Part shown: positions 17,072-27,383 of the stretch, piece after piece
How the letters are laid out: each line of letters starts with the position of its first letter
Numbering within the stretch: position 1 is the stretch's first letter
DNA from: Candidatus Woesebacteria bacterium
Lineage (GTDB): Bacteria > Patescibacteriota > Microgenomatia > UBA8517
Direction of reading: 5' to 3'
DNA: 64,000 nucleotides
Assembly: GCA_963784785.1 (NCBI GenBank)
Contig: CAWASW010000005.1
Coordinates: 9,247 to 73,246 of the forward strand
Translations under genes and position numbers: made by a program
The notes under the pieces: generated by a model
What the model was told of the DNA's origin: nothing
Database searches by the model: none
The model's input: only the letters and a program-made list of their open reading frames with translations

Positions 17072-17527
17072 ATGATGATAACTTTTCTTGCAAGTGCCTT
17101 AATTTGGCTTATGTTTTTTGGATTAATTGTTTTGTGGGTGATTGATGGAAAAATTAAAAGGGAGACTGTAATTCATGCTGTTTTTTCATTCTTTGTTGCA
17201 TGGACTGTATCAGAGCTGATTAAATATATTTTTCCTACACTCCGTCCCTTTCAAGTTCAAGATCTGATACCTTTAACTGCTACAATTCCTGGAGATGGGG
17301 CATTCCCTTCAAGTCATACTGCCGTAGCCTTTGCCTTATCAGTAACTATACTTAAACATGATAAGAAAGTTGGTGTTTTGTACCTTATTATGGCTGGTTT
17401 AGTCGGTATTGCCAGAATTATGGCACATGTTCATTATCCTATAGATATTGTAGGTGGAGCTATTTTAGGAACTGTAATTTCGCGATTGACATCTGGCAAA
17501 CACTTTGTTAGACTGCTAAATCGATGA
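17072..17527 (+). CDS. PAP2-family phosphatase (undecaprenyl-diphosphatase-like)
   Basis: K-x6-RP, FPSSH, RI..HVHY..D motifs. Confidence 0.85.
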   Translation: MMITFLASALIWLMFFGLIVLWVIDGKIKRETVIHAVFSFFVAWTVSELIKYIFPTLRPFQVQDLIPLTATIPGDGAFPSSHTAVAFALSVTILKHDKKVGVLYLIMAGLVGIARIMAHVHYPIDIVGGAILGTVISRLTSGKHFVRLLNR

Positions 17528-19887
17528 GAAGCGTACCAATAATACCAATACGGGGTTCAGTTGTTTTTCCAAATACGGATACACTACTTTCATTCACTAG
17601 ACCAAACTCTGTTTCCGCTGCTGATTCTGCTTTTCAAAAAGATAGACTTGTTGCAATATTTACTCAAAAAGATGCAAGGATTAATGACCCAGAAAAGTCT
17701 GATCTGTTCGAGATCGGTACTTTAGTAACAATTACCCAAATGATGTCGGTCGATGATGGGGTACATGCTCTTGTTCGTGGGCAGGTAAGGGTAAGACTTT
17801 CTGATATCGTATCTCAAAGTCCATATCTAGTAGGATCTGTCGAAGAAATTCCTGATGTGATAGACGATTCAACAGAAGTGTTAGCTCTTGCAAAGAACCT
17901 GTCAGAAACATTTAAAAAGGCATTAACACTAGGAAAAACTGTTGAGGTTTTATCTGTTGTTAAATTAATCATCGACAATTCAAATCCTTCAGAAATTACC
18001 GATCAAATTGCAACAGTTTTAGATATCAAACCGTATGAAAAACAGATGCTTCTAGAGACCTTTCCATTAATAGACAGAATGAAAAGAGTTCAAGAACTTC
18101 TCGCTAAAGAGATTACTGTTTTAGAAATTGAGAAAACCATATCTTCAAATACTCAAGCCCAGTTTGATGACATTATGAAGAAAAATATATTAAGAGAAAG
18201 GAAAAAGGCGATTGATAAAGAGCTTGGTGCAATTGAAAATAAAGAAGATGGAGACGGTGAAGTTGGGTCAGAAGAAGTCAAAGAATATAAGAAAAAAATT
18301 GCTGACGCTAAAATGCCAAAAGAGGTGGAAGAAAAGGCTTTAAAAGAATTAGCTAAACTTTCAAAAATGTCTTCATTTAATCCTGAATCAGGTTTCCTTA
18401 GGAATTACCTTGATTGGCTTTGTGATGTTCCGTGGAGTGTGGTAACCCCCAATAACGTGTCAATTGTAAAGGCTGGAAAAACGATGAATAAAAGGCATTA
18501 TGGTTTGAAAAAAACCAAAGAAAGAATTTTGGAATATCTTTCTGTAATGAAACTCTTAGAAGAAAGAAAACAAAAAGGTAAAGACGATAAATATCAACCA
18601 ACTATTCTGTGTTTTATAGGTCCACCTGGTGTTGGTAAGACTTCAATCGGTAAAGCAATAGCTGAGGCAATGGGCAGAAAATTTGCACGTATCTCTCTTG
18701 GTGGAATTCGTGATGAAGCAGAAATAAGAGGACACAGAAGAACCTACGTTGGGGCTCTTCCGGGAAGAATTATCCAAGGAATTAAAACTGCAGGAACTAG
18801 AAATCCTGTTTTTATGCTTGATGAAATTGATAAAGTTGGAGCAGATTTTAGAGGAGATCCATCTTCAGCACTTTTGGAGGCATTAGATCCAGAACAAAAT
18901 AAAGAATTCTCCGATCATTATCTTGAAGTTCCGTTTGATTTGTCCGAAGTCTTTTTTATAGCAACTGGAAATGTGATGGAAACAATTCCATCAGCTCTTC
19001 GAGATAGAATGGAAATAATTCAATTTGCTGGTTACACAGAAGAAGAGAAGTTTGAAATAGGAAAGACTTTTATCTGGCCAAAACAAATTAAAAATCATGG
19101 ATTAGATGACCGTGGTATAACAATTACAGACAAAGCATTGAAGTTAGTCATCTCAAAGTACACCAGAGAGTCTGGAGTTCGTAACTTGGAAAGAAACTTA
19201 TCAACTGCTATCCGAAAGGTGGCAAAGTTGGTCGCTGAAGGAAAGAAATATCCAAAAACAATTAAAGAAGTAAACATTAGGGAATACCTTGGGACATTTA
19301 AGTACTCATCATTAATTGCTGAAAAGAAAAACGAAGTAGGTATGTCGACAGGCTTAGCAGTTACTTCAGTCGGTGGAGAAATATTATTTATTGAAGTTTC
19401 CTTAATGCCAGGACGTGGAAGGTTAACTCTTACAGGTCAATTGGGAGATGTTATGAAAGAATCTGCTCAAGCAGCTCTTACATGGACAAGATCAAATTAC
19501 AAACTTTTAGGTTTAAAACCTGATTTTTCATCTAAACTCGATATCCATATTCATGTTCCAGATGGTGCAGTTCCAAAGGATGGTCCTTCAGCAGGAACAT
19601 CAATTACTACGGCTCTAGTGTCTGCTTTAACAAAGATTCCAACAAGAAGAGATACTGGTATGACAGGTGAGATAACACTTCGTGGAAAAGTTACAGAAAT
19701 AGGTGGATTAAAAGAAAAATCAATTGCAGGGCACAGAGCAGGACTTAAAACTATAATTTGTCCAAAAGAAAATGAAAAGGATATGGAAGATATGCCAGAA
19801 AAAGTTAAAAAAGATATCAAGTTTGTCTTTGCAGAAAAACTTGAAGATGTTTTGTCAGTCGCCCTCACCAAATGGCCAATTGTTTAA
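17524..19887 (+). CDS. lon: ATP-dependent protease La
   Basis: LON N-domain, GPPGVGKT, RGHRRTY, LDEIDK, PKDGPSAG, TGEITLRG. Confidence 0.97.
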   Translation: MRSVPIIPIRGSVVFPNTDTLLSFTRPNSVSAADSAFQKDRLVAIFTQKDARINDPEKSDLFEIGTLVTITQMMSVDDGVHALVRGQVRVRLSDIVSQSPYLVGSVEEIPDVIDDSTEVLALAKNLSETFKKALTLGKTVEVLSVVKLIIDNSNPSEITDQIATVLDIKPYEKQMLLETFPLIDRMKRVQELLAKEITVLEIEKTISSNTQAQFDDIMKKNILRERKKAIDKELGAIENKEDGDGEVGSEEVKEYKKKIADAKMPKEVEEKALKELAKLSKMSSFNPESGFLRNYLDWLCDVPWSVVTPNNVSIVKAGKTMNKRHYGLKKTKERILEYLSVMKLLEERKQKGKDDKYQPTILCFIGPPGVGKTSIGKAIAEAMGRKFARISLGGIRDEAEIRGHRRTYVGALPGRIIQGIKTAGTRNPVFMLDEIDKVGADFRGDPSSALLEALDPEQNKEFSDHYLEVPFDLSEVFFIATGNVMETIPSALRDRMEIIQFAGYTEEEKFEIGKTFIWPKQIKNHGLDDRGITITDKALKLVISKYTRESGVRNLERNLSTAIRKVAKLVAEGKKYPKTIKEVNIREYLGTFKYSSLIAEKKNEVGMSTGLAVTSVGGEILFIEVSLMPGRGRLTLTGQLGDVMKESAQAALTWTRSNYKLLGLKPDFSSKLDIHIHVPDGAVPKDGPSAGTSITTALVSALTKIPTRRDTGMTGEITLRGKVTEIGGLKEKSIAGHRAGLKTIICPKENEKDMEDMPEKVKKDIKFVFAEKLEDVLSVALTKWPIV

Positions 19888-19945
19888 TTTTTTGTCCTTT
19901 GTGACGCTTTAGTCGTAGTCTCAAGCGGAGCTAAGCGAAGCGAAG

Positions 19946-21133
19946 GAGACCGTTCTATTTCGGTCACCTAAAATGAATTGTTTATCTCCTATTTTCAATC
20001 AAAAAAGGTAGTTTCACTCAGTGAACTTGTAGTTAAAATGAGGTATGATTCACGCATGAAAAAAGAGAAAGAGTTTATAGTTGTCCAAAATGTGGGAGTA
20101 TTCACACAATCAGAAAAGGAGTTAGGAGAGGAAAAATTAAGTATTTTTGCAAAATATGTGGAGCTTGGTTTCAGTTAAACAGAAGGCCAAAATTAAACAG
20201 TTCTTCTTTGGTTACAGACCATTTTTTAGGTTTATCATTTAGATCCCTAGGTTCAAAATCAGATGTTTTAGGAAGCACAGCTTACAGAAGATATCAATCT
20301 CAGATTGAAAACAAGTTGCAATGTATTGATATCACAAGACTTTATTGTTCTAAATTTTGTGGAATACTTTTAGTTGATGGAAAATATATCAAAGTTAAAG
20401 GATACGAAAGAAAAATACCAGTTATCTATGGAATTGATTATCTCACACACGACATTGTACATTTTGTGCTTGGTCCATCTGAAAATTACAGATTATTACT
20501 TAAGTTTTTCTCTTCACTAAAGTTATCAAATTATCCACTTCAAGCAATTGTTTCAGATGACAATCAGAACACGCCACAGGCGTGTTTAAAGGTTTATCCT
20601 ACTGCAATCTGGCAACTTTGCCAGAATCACTACAAACAAAATATTAGAGGTACTTTAGGACTTTACAAAGACCTATCACACCTTAAATTTATGAATGAAA
20701 TTGAAGTTCTTTTTTCAAGAAAAATGGAAACAGGAGAATTCAAAAAACTAGCTTCAAAAATATATGACAGATACAAGGGAAACAAACTAGAAACACAAAT
20801 TATGCTTGATATTGCAAAAAGATCTCCTGATCTTTTTGCATATACAAAGGTTCATCATGTTCCTAGAACAAACAACTTAATTGAAAGCTTCAACTCACAT
20901 CTTGAAGGGAGATTAAAAACAATTAAAGGATTTGAAAACTTCAAAACGGCAAAACTCTGGTTAAACCAATATTTTATTAAAAGAAGAACAAAAAAGTTTA
21001 CAGACTGCACAAAACATTTCAAGAATTTAAATGGAAAATGCTCGTTAGAAGTTACCTTAAAAGACCCCTATATTTTAAAAGATGTTTTGAAGCTAATTAA
21101 TTAAAATCAGGTGACCGTTTATGCAACGGTATC
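19946..21133 (+). mobile_element. IS256-like element, probable autonomous partner of the MITE
   Basis: Ends GAGACCGTT... and ...AACGGTATC shared with the MITE; imperfect flanking repeat AGCGAAG. Confidence 0.8.
20056..21104 (+). CDS. IS256-like (Mutator-type DDE) transposase, frameshifted at the A6 run just after the ATG
   Basis: CPKC...CKIC zinc ribbon in frame with ORF 20208-21104; VDGKY, VSDD, QLCQNH, TNNLIESFN. Confidence 0.75.
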
Positions 21134-21143
21134 CAGCGAAGTG

Positions 21144-21338
21144 GAGACCGTTACATTTCGGTCTCCTAAAACACACTGATTTTACTATACTTTCGGCCTA
21201 AAAAGGTAGTTTCACTAAGTAAACGCTTCTACAACCAATTTCAGCATTGTCCGAGTAATCGGACGAAAGTGTTATTATTTTAACGAAAAACAACAAATCA
21301 TTTAAGGCTAAACAAGTGACCGTTTATGCAACGGTATC
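21144..21338 (+). mobile_element. 195-bp MITE copy 3
   Basis: 9-bp TSD AGCGAAGTG at 21135-21143 and 21339-21347. Confidence 0.9.
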
Positions 21339-21345
21339 AGCGAAG

Positions 21346-21417
21346 TGACGCTTATGAGAGTCGGACTCATATTTCTTGGATGAGAACCAAGTGTCCTAGC
21401 CGTTAGACGAAAGCGCC
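21346..21417 (-). tRNA. tRNA-Glu (CTC), CCA not encoded
   Basis: Acceptor GGCGCTT/AAGCGTC, anticodon arm CTTGG-TTCTCAT-CCAAG, T arm ATGAG/CTCAT. Confidence 0.88.
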
Positions 21418-21471
21418 GTAATTCATAGTATACCAAAAATTATCGATTTCAGTTTGATATACTCTGATTCA

Positions 21472-21612
21472 TTGACAGAGTTGACAAGTAGGGTATAATT
21501 ACAACATATGAATTTTAATTCCAACAAATTTACTAAGTACTGCCTAATTAAGGCCGACTAATTTGTTGGAGGGAAAAGACATATCTCTCCACAGAATGGG
21601 GGGATTTTTTAT
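21472..21612 (+). promoter_or_regulatory. greA promoter and structured leader with terminator-like hairpin
   Basis: TTGACA-N16-TATAAT (21472-21499); 11-bp stem 21520-21530/21560-21570; hairpin 21583-21605 followed by a T-tract. Confidence 0.6.
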
Positions 21613-21626
21613 TTTAATAAACATAC

Positions 21627-22088
21627 ATGACTAAAAAAATACAACTAACAGCAAAAGGACTTGAGGCTCTTAAAAACGAGCTTAAAGAGTTAATTGAAGT
21701 CAAACGACCATTTTTGGTTGATAGACTTTCTAATGCCCGTTCTCAGGGTGATTTATCTGAAAATTCTGATTACCAAAATGCCAAAGAAGAATTAGGCTTC
21801 TTGGAAGGAAGAATTGATGAACTCACTGATGTCATTAATAATGCAAAAGTAGTCAAAGACTCTGGAAACTCAAACTTGGTAGGAATGGGTACAAAAGTTA
21901 CTGTTAGGGTTAATGGAGTCAAAACAACCTTTGAAATAGTAGGTGAATGGGAAGCTGATATGTTAAAGAAAAAAATTAGCCACACTTCACCTCTTGGATC
22001 TTCGCTTGTTGGTAAAAAAGTTGGAGAAAAAATTGAAGTAGAAGCACCTGTTGGTAAGATACTATACGAGGTTGTAGCAATTGATTAA
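21627..22088 (+). CDS. greA: Transcription elongation factor GreA
   Basis: ARSQGDLSENSDY..AK, IS..SPLG..L. Confidence 0.95.
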   Translation: MTKKIQLTAKGLEALKNELKELIEVKRPFLVDRLSNARSQGDLSENSDYQNAKEELGFLEGRIDELTDVINNAKVVKDSGNSNLVGMGTKVTVRVNGVKTTFEIVGEWEADMLKKKISHTSPLGSSLVGKKVGEKIEVEAPVGKILYEVVAID

Positions 22089-22111
22089 AAAACAAATCAA
22101 TTTTAAATTAC

Positions 22112-22136
22112 AACCTCCTAAATTAGGAGGTTTTTT
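22112..22136 (+). terminator. Intrinsic terminator after greA
   Basis: AACCTCCTA-AAT-TAGGAGGTT followed by T run. Confidence 0.7.
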
Positions 22137-22152
22137 AATATATAATGTAATT

Positions 22153-23727
22153 ATGCACTGGGCAGATAAAATAGCGACCGAAATTATAAAATCTGGAAAA
22201 TATACGCCTTACTGGGCCGATGATATGAAGACTCCATCTGGATATGCTCATATCGGTTCAATGCTGGGGCCTGTTGTGCACAGTGCAATTTATAGAGCCT
22301 TAAAAGATCAAGGAAAAGAAACGGTATTAACTTATGTATTTAACGATTTTGATCCTGCAGATGAATTTCCTTCAATTTTAAAAGAAGCTCTTGAGGGTCA
22401 TCAAGGAAAAGCTTTAAAAATGTGTCCTTCACCTTCTCCAGAATTTGATAACTTGGCCGATTTCTTGGCAGATGATTTAAAGAAATCAATTGAATATTTA
22501 GGATTTGAAGCAAAATATATTTCAAGTTGGGATTTATATAAAGCCGGAAAATTTGATGGTGTAATTAAAATGGCACTCGATAATTCTGAAAAAATTCAAG
22601 ATATTTACCAAAAAATTTCTGGAAGTCAGAAAAAGAAAGGTGGTTGGTTACCTTTTCAAACGGTATGTGAAAAATGTGGAAAATTGGGTACAACCAGAGT
22701 ATATGAATGGGATGGAGAAAAAGTTACCTATAAATGTGAACCAAAACTTGTTACATGGGCAGAGGGGTGTGGGTATGAAGGAAAAGTAACTCCATTTGGT
22801 GGAACAGGAAAATTGCCATGGAAAATTGATTGGGCAGCTCACTGGGCTGTAATTGGAGTAACTATTGAAGGAGCTGGCAAAGATCATGCAAGTAAGGGTG
22901 GAAGTTATGACATTGCAATGACAATTTGCAAAGAAATCTTTAAATATCCAATGCCATATAAATTACCAATCGAATTTTTACTTATTGGAGGTAAAAAAAT
23001 GTCTTCTTCAAAGGGAGTTGGCTTAAAAGCTCATGATTTGGTAAAGATATTACCAGCAGAAGTAGCAAGATTCCTGTTTATAAACAAAGACATAAATAAA
23101 CAAAGCAACTTTGATCCATATGCAACAATGGCAATTCCTGATTTATTTGATGAATATGATAAATGTTGGGAAAGCTATACAAAAAATACAGACGAAGATT
23201 TGGCACGAACTTTTGTGTTGTCTCAAATAAATACAATACCAGAAAAAGAAAAGGGATTTTTTGCACCGAGATTTAGAGATATCGCAAATTATTTATCACA
23301 AGGATTAACGGATAATGAAGTCTTGGCAAAAATTACAGACATTAAAAAAGGCAAGGTTGATGATTCGGAACTTTCGGTTTTCGAAAAACGATTAAAATAT
23401 GCAAAAATTTGGCTTAAAGACTTTGCTCCAGATGAATATAGATTTGAATTAACTTCTGAAATTCACGAAAAGGCAAAAAACTTAAGTGAGTTACAGAAAA
23501 AATATTTATCAGAAATTATTAAAATTTATAACAATGATGAAACTGCCGAGTCGTTGCAGATTTCTCTTTATGAACTTACTAAAAGTATGGGCATTCCAAC
23601 AAAAGATGGATTTGCTGCTATTTATTTATCGCTAATCGGCAAAACTCACGGACCACGTGCAGGCGCACTACTTATAAATATTGGTAAAGAAAAAGTTATT
23701 GAAAGATTTAGGTCTTTACTTAAATAA
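22153..23727 (+). CDS. lysS: Lysine--tRNA ligase, class I
   Basis: MHWAD start, TPSG..HIG, CEKCG, GKL.WK.DW, GKDH, KMSSSKG. Confidence 0.93.
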   Translation: MHWADKIATEIIKSGKYTPYWADDMKTPSGYAHIGSMLGPVVHSAIYRALKDQGKETVLTYVFNDFDPADEFPSILKEALEGHQGKALKMCPSPSPEFDNLADFLADDLKKSIEYLGFEAKYISSWDLYKAGKFDGVIKMALDNSEKIQDIYQKISGSQKKKGGWLPFQTVCEKCGKLGTTRVYEWDGEKVTYKCEPKLVTWAEGCGYEGKVTPFGGTGKLPWKIDWAAHWAVIGVTIEGAGKDHASKGGSYDIAMTICKEIFKYPMPYKLPIEFLLIGGKKMSSSKGVGLKAHDLVKILPAEVARFLFINKDINKQSNFDPYATMAIPDLFDEYDKCWESYTKNTDEDLARTFVLSQINTIPEKEKGFFAPRFRDIANYLSQGLTDNEVLAKITDIKKGKVDDSELSVFEKRLKYAKIWLKDFAPDEYRFELTSEIHEKAKNLSELQKKYLSEIIKIYNNDETAESLQISLYELTKSMGIPTKDGFAAIYLSLIGKTHGPRAGALLINIGKEKVIERFRSLLK

Positions 23728-23758
23728 AAAAGGTTGTAAATTACAAACATATAAACAT

Positions 23759-24139
23759 ATGGCAAAAGCAGTTAAGAAAGTAACAAAAGCAGTAAAAGAA
23801 GTTAAAGTTGTTAAGCAAACCAAAACTTTAAAAGAAATTTTGTCAAAGTTTGATATAAAATTATCTCCAGAACAAATGAAAGAAAAGATTTTAATGTTAA
23901 GAACTGACATGTCACAAGCAATTAATCTTTCAACTTCGACATCTATTCTTGCACTTTTGTTATTTATTGGTGCACCATCAGTATTTCCTGAAATAATTAA
24001 TCCTTATTTGCCATCTTCATTAAAAATAATGCAGGCAATTGTAATAGTTCCATCATTTTTTTGGATATTAACAATTTTAGGAAATATGGCAAAATTTGTG
24101 ATGATAGTAAGACTTCAGAAAAAACTTTCATCTAAGTAA
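23759..24139 (+). CDS. Hypothetical membrane protein
   Basis: ATG at 23759 (MAKAVKK), two TM segments. Confidence 0.55.
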   Translation: MAKAVKKVTKAVKEVKVVKQTKTLKEILSKFDIKLSPEQMKEKILMLRTDMSQAINLSTSTSILALLLFIGAPSVFPEIINPYLPSSLKIMQAIVIVPSFFWILTILGNMAKFVMIVRLQKKLSSK

Positions 24140-24696
24140 TGATATCTCGCGAAGAAGCACTCAAATTAGTTACCACTTGGACAGAAAACAGAAATTTAAT
24201 TAAACACATGCTGGCTGTTGAAGCTGCAATGGGAGGACTCGCCAAACATTTTGATGGAAACGAAAATATGTGGAAAATTGCAGGGCTGTTGCATGATGCA
24301 GACTATGACAAATATCCAAAAGAGCATCCAAATAAAATAATTGAAGAACTAGAAAAAAGAAACGAACCAACAGAAATTATAGATGCAATTAAAGCACACA
24401 CATGGGAATATCGAGAAGGTTTCCCTGAACCAAAAAATAATCTTGAATGGAGTCTTTACTGCTGTGATGAATTAACGGGATTAATTGTTGCTGTTGCGCT
24501 TGTGAGACCAGAAAGAAAACTATCAGTTGTAACTGTAGAAAATGTTTTGTCTAAATGGAAAAAGTTAGACTTTGCAAAAGGAGTGGATAGAAAAAATATA
24601 GAAATGTGTGAAGAAAAATTAGGAATTAAGTTACCTGAATTTATTGAAATAGTTTTGAAATCAATGAAGAATATTTCTGGTGATTTGGGATTATAA
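24139..24696 (+). CDS. HD-domain phosphohydrolase
   Basis: KHML.VE, GLLHDADY, DELTGLI.A.ALVRP, FAKGVDR. Confidence 0.85.
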   Translation: MISREEALKLVTTWTENRNLIKHMLAVEAAMGGLAKHFDGNENMWKIAGLLHDADYDKYPKEHPNKIIEELEKRNEPTEIIDAIKAHTWEYREGFPEPKNNLEWSLYCCDELTGLIVAVALVRPERKLSVVTVENVLSKWKKLDFAKGVDRKNIEMCEEKLGIKLPEFIEIVLKSMKNISGDLGL

Positions 24697-24722
24697 AATG
24701 GAGCTGTAGTAGTATAGAGATA

Positions 24723-25697
24723 TCAATAAACGTCAGAATCTGTAATAGATAAAGCACCGAGTAATTCTTTTTTTGAAAGTAAACCTTTACTAAAATCTGA
24801 CATTAGTCTCCTTTCTTGCATAGCAATTGCTTCCGTTTTTTCTTTAGATGCCTCAAGTGTTTTTTTAAGATGCTCGATATTTAAACTTGGATCGTTTACT
24901 TCATATTTTAATATTGACTGAATACGCTTTATTCGAAACTGATTTTTTAAAGAACCTATGCCCAATGTTAAGTCGAGAGGGTGATGGACAAGAGCCAGCC
25001 GTAATCTCTTTGAACATCCTTCCCAAAAACTATCCCATTCTTCATACATAGTTTCAGCAAGGTTACTAAAAGTAAACCATTTAATGTTTGGTAAATTTAT
25101 TGGTTCTGCTGAAGATAAATGATATGTGGCCATGGCTGTAAGTTGTCTGCCATGATTATTGCTAAAAAAAAGGAATCTGTTTTCGGTTAATTGAGCTGAC
25201 ACATCTGTAGTAACCCAAAATAGATTAAAGCGACCGGGTTGGGTCTCTAACTCAGTTTCTTCTTTAGCTTCTCTTGTCAAACTTTTGAATATCCCATTAA
25301 TTGAGAATTTTTGACTTGGTATATCATCTTCTCCTATGTGTCCAATTACTGGCAAGTCTAATAGCTGCTGATCTTCCCATTGTCTAATTTGAAGACCTAT
25401 TTGCGGTTCAGCCCCCGCACCTATACTTGAAAGTGGATCAGTCGCAAGCAGCATACCTGCAGATAATTTATAAGCCTGTTGATTTTTTCCGTACGTATCC
25501 ATAAAGTCTGGTCTGTTGCAATATCTGACCTCCTTAATTAACTTTCTAGGTTCTACATAACTATATATTTCACCGGACTCTAATTTTGTTGGTTGAATAT
25601 CTTTATCTTTATTATTTATTATGGCGACAGCCACAGATTCATCAGGTTCTTTTTCGTGAAATTTATACAATTCGTTTCGCTGTCGATTTTCAGCCAT
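24723..25697 (-). CDS. Hypothetical protein with NUDIX-like box
   Basis: GHI...REAKEETEL resembles GX5EX7REUXEEXGU with an insertion. Confidence 0.5.
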   Translation of the reverse strand: MAENRQRNELYKFHEKEPDESVAVAIINNKDKDIQPTKLESGEIYSYVEPRKLIKEVRYCNRPDFMDTYGKNQQAYKLSAGMLLATDPLSSIGAGAEPQIGLQIRQWEDQQLLDLPVIGHIGEDDIPSQKFSINGIFKSLTREAKEETELETQPGRFNLFWVTTDVSAQLTENRFLFFSNNHGRQLTAMATYHLSSAEPINLPNIKWFTFSNLAETMYEEWDSFWEGCSKRLRLALVHHPLDLTLGIGSLKNQFRIKRIQSILKYEVNDPSLNIEHLKKTLEASKEKTEAIAMQERRLMSDFSKGLLSKKELLGALSITDSDVY

Positions 25698-25811
25698 ATC
25701 TATATTATAGACTATCTGTGCCTGCTTTGTGTTTTTAGAACTACCTCTGATTAATAATAATTACAAATTGTTTTAAAATTTGATGCATGATATATTAGAT
25801 GAATTAAATTT

Positions 25812-26690
25812 ATGAACAAATTTATTGACCTACAAGAAATTAAATCGGATGAACTGGTTAACAGTATTCTTGCTGAATTGATTGATTATCCGAAATATAA
25901 AAGTCTGGTGGCAATGTGGGCATCAGGTTTACCTGTTCCAAAGACTATTATTATAGGGAATGTCGACGAAAGTACAGAGAAACTGTGCAATAAAGTGTTA
26001 CGTAAATGGAAAACAAACGAAGTTGTAGTTAGAACCGATGTTGCTGGTGGTGCTGTTCAAGCACCAAGTGTACAAGGGTGCAAAATCGATGAGGCTTGGG
26101 TCAACATAAAAAATTTTTTCAAAATGGGTTATCTTCCAATGGTCATTTCGACCGGAGATATTTTCCATAATGCTTTTTCTACGAATGTTTTAGTTGACCC
26201 ATGTGATACTAAAAGTTTTTATATTGAGGCAGTCGGAGCTGGTTTTTGTGCTACTGACATTAACAAAAGAGATATTATTACTGAAAGCGGAATCATGATT
26301 AATGATAGCGGTACTATTAAGTTGATTAACTATCAGGTTGTAGATAGTATGTGTTATAAAAAATATGTAAATAAGGTGAAAGAGAATCAAATAAATAAAG
26401 AGGTCGTTAAACGGGGTAAACCATTTGATAGTAAAAATGAAGCTAAGTTGTGGGTTGATGATTTTTTGAGTAAAAATAATGCCTTGTTATTAAATAGTCC
26501 TAAATATAAGCCAGTAGCTCCAAACTACATTCATAAAATATCTAGTTTTGTTCCGTCAATGATAAAAGCTGGAAAAATTATGAATTTTGAAAACGAAAAA
26601 TTTATCGTATCCTTGGCTTTTGTGTTGGAAAATGGTAAGGAAAATCCATACTTTTTTGATATACATCCATTTAATGGTTACAAAAAATGA
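25812..26690 (+). CDS. Hypothetical protein (possible ATP-grasp-like N-terminus)
   Basis: 292-aa ORF; K..L....GLPVP...VVVR pattern. Confidence 0.55.
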   Translation: MNKFIDLQEIKSDELVNSILAELIDYPKYKSLVAMWASGLPVPKTIIIGNVDESTEKLCNKVLRKWKTNEVVVRTDVAGGAVQAPSVQGCKIDEAWVNIKNFFKMGYLPMVISTGDIFHNAFSTNVLVDPCDTKSFYIEAVGAGFCATDINKRDIITESGIMINDSGTIKLINYQVVDSMCYKKYVNKVKENQINKEVVKRGKPFDSKNEAKLWVDDFLSKNNALLLNSPKYKPVAPNYIHKISSFVPSMIKAGKIMNFENEKFIVSLAFVLENGKENPYFFDIHPFNGYKK

Positions 26691-26866
26691 CCTGATGAAT
26701 AAAAAAATATTGTTTGAAAATCTTGTTATAGTGAGAAAATTGAATTTGCTGTCGTCGATAGAAAAAGCAAAAGACGCGAGAGACAATGCTCCGGATGCAA
26801 CTGAAAGTCATTCTGATACTAGGAGAAATCAGGCAGAAAAACTTGTGGTTGCGTTAGAAATTGAAT

Positions 26867-27383
26867 CTTCTGCACATTAATCCCCAGCCTTTAGGCTGGT
26901 GGAGCAAGTATAGTTTGTGGCATACTTGAGGGAAATGTTAAAGTACTGGCATGGTGCACACACAAAGCACAGAATTATGATTCATTTGGTATTTTTACCA
27001 AAATACAGAAAAAGGATATTACGTGGCAAAGTAGCTACAAGACTTAAAGACTTATTCTTCAAAGCATGTGAGGTTAACAACTGGTGGATTGAAGAAATTA
27101 CAATATTGCATGATCATGTACATATGCTTATACAAATCCAACCAAACTTGTCCATCTCAAAAGTTGTTAACCAACTGAAAGGTGGTTCATCAAGAATCTT
27201 AAGGAAAGAATTTCCAGAGTTAGAAGAATTTCTTTGGGGTGACTCATTCTGGTCTGATGGCTACTTTGCAGAATCAGTGGGTGCAACAAGTTTCATCCAG
27301 GTTAAAAAATACATTAAAAATCAAGTGGAAAGTATGCCACAGAAGGGGTAAAACCATGGCATTTATGCCATGTGTTTTTTATT
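26867..27383 (+). mobile_element. IS200-type element A, copy 2
   Basis: Identical 517-bp element. Confidence 0.88.
26917..27351 (+). CDS. tnpA: IS200/IS605 Y1 transposase
   Basis: Identical protein to 15002-15436. Confidence 0.92.
   Translation: MAYLREMLKYWHGAHTKHRIMIHLVFLPKYRKRILRGKVATRLKDLFFKACEVNNWWIEEITILHDHVHMLIQIQPNLSISKVVNQLKGGSSRILRKEFPELEEFLWGDSFWSDGYFAESVGATSFIQVKKYIKNQVESMPQKG

Noticed and set aside
22081-22152. Extended N-terminus of lysS from TTG 22081
   Set aside because: It overlaps the greA stop and terminator; class I LysRS begins at MHWAD (22153).
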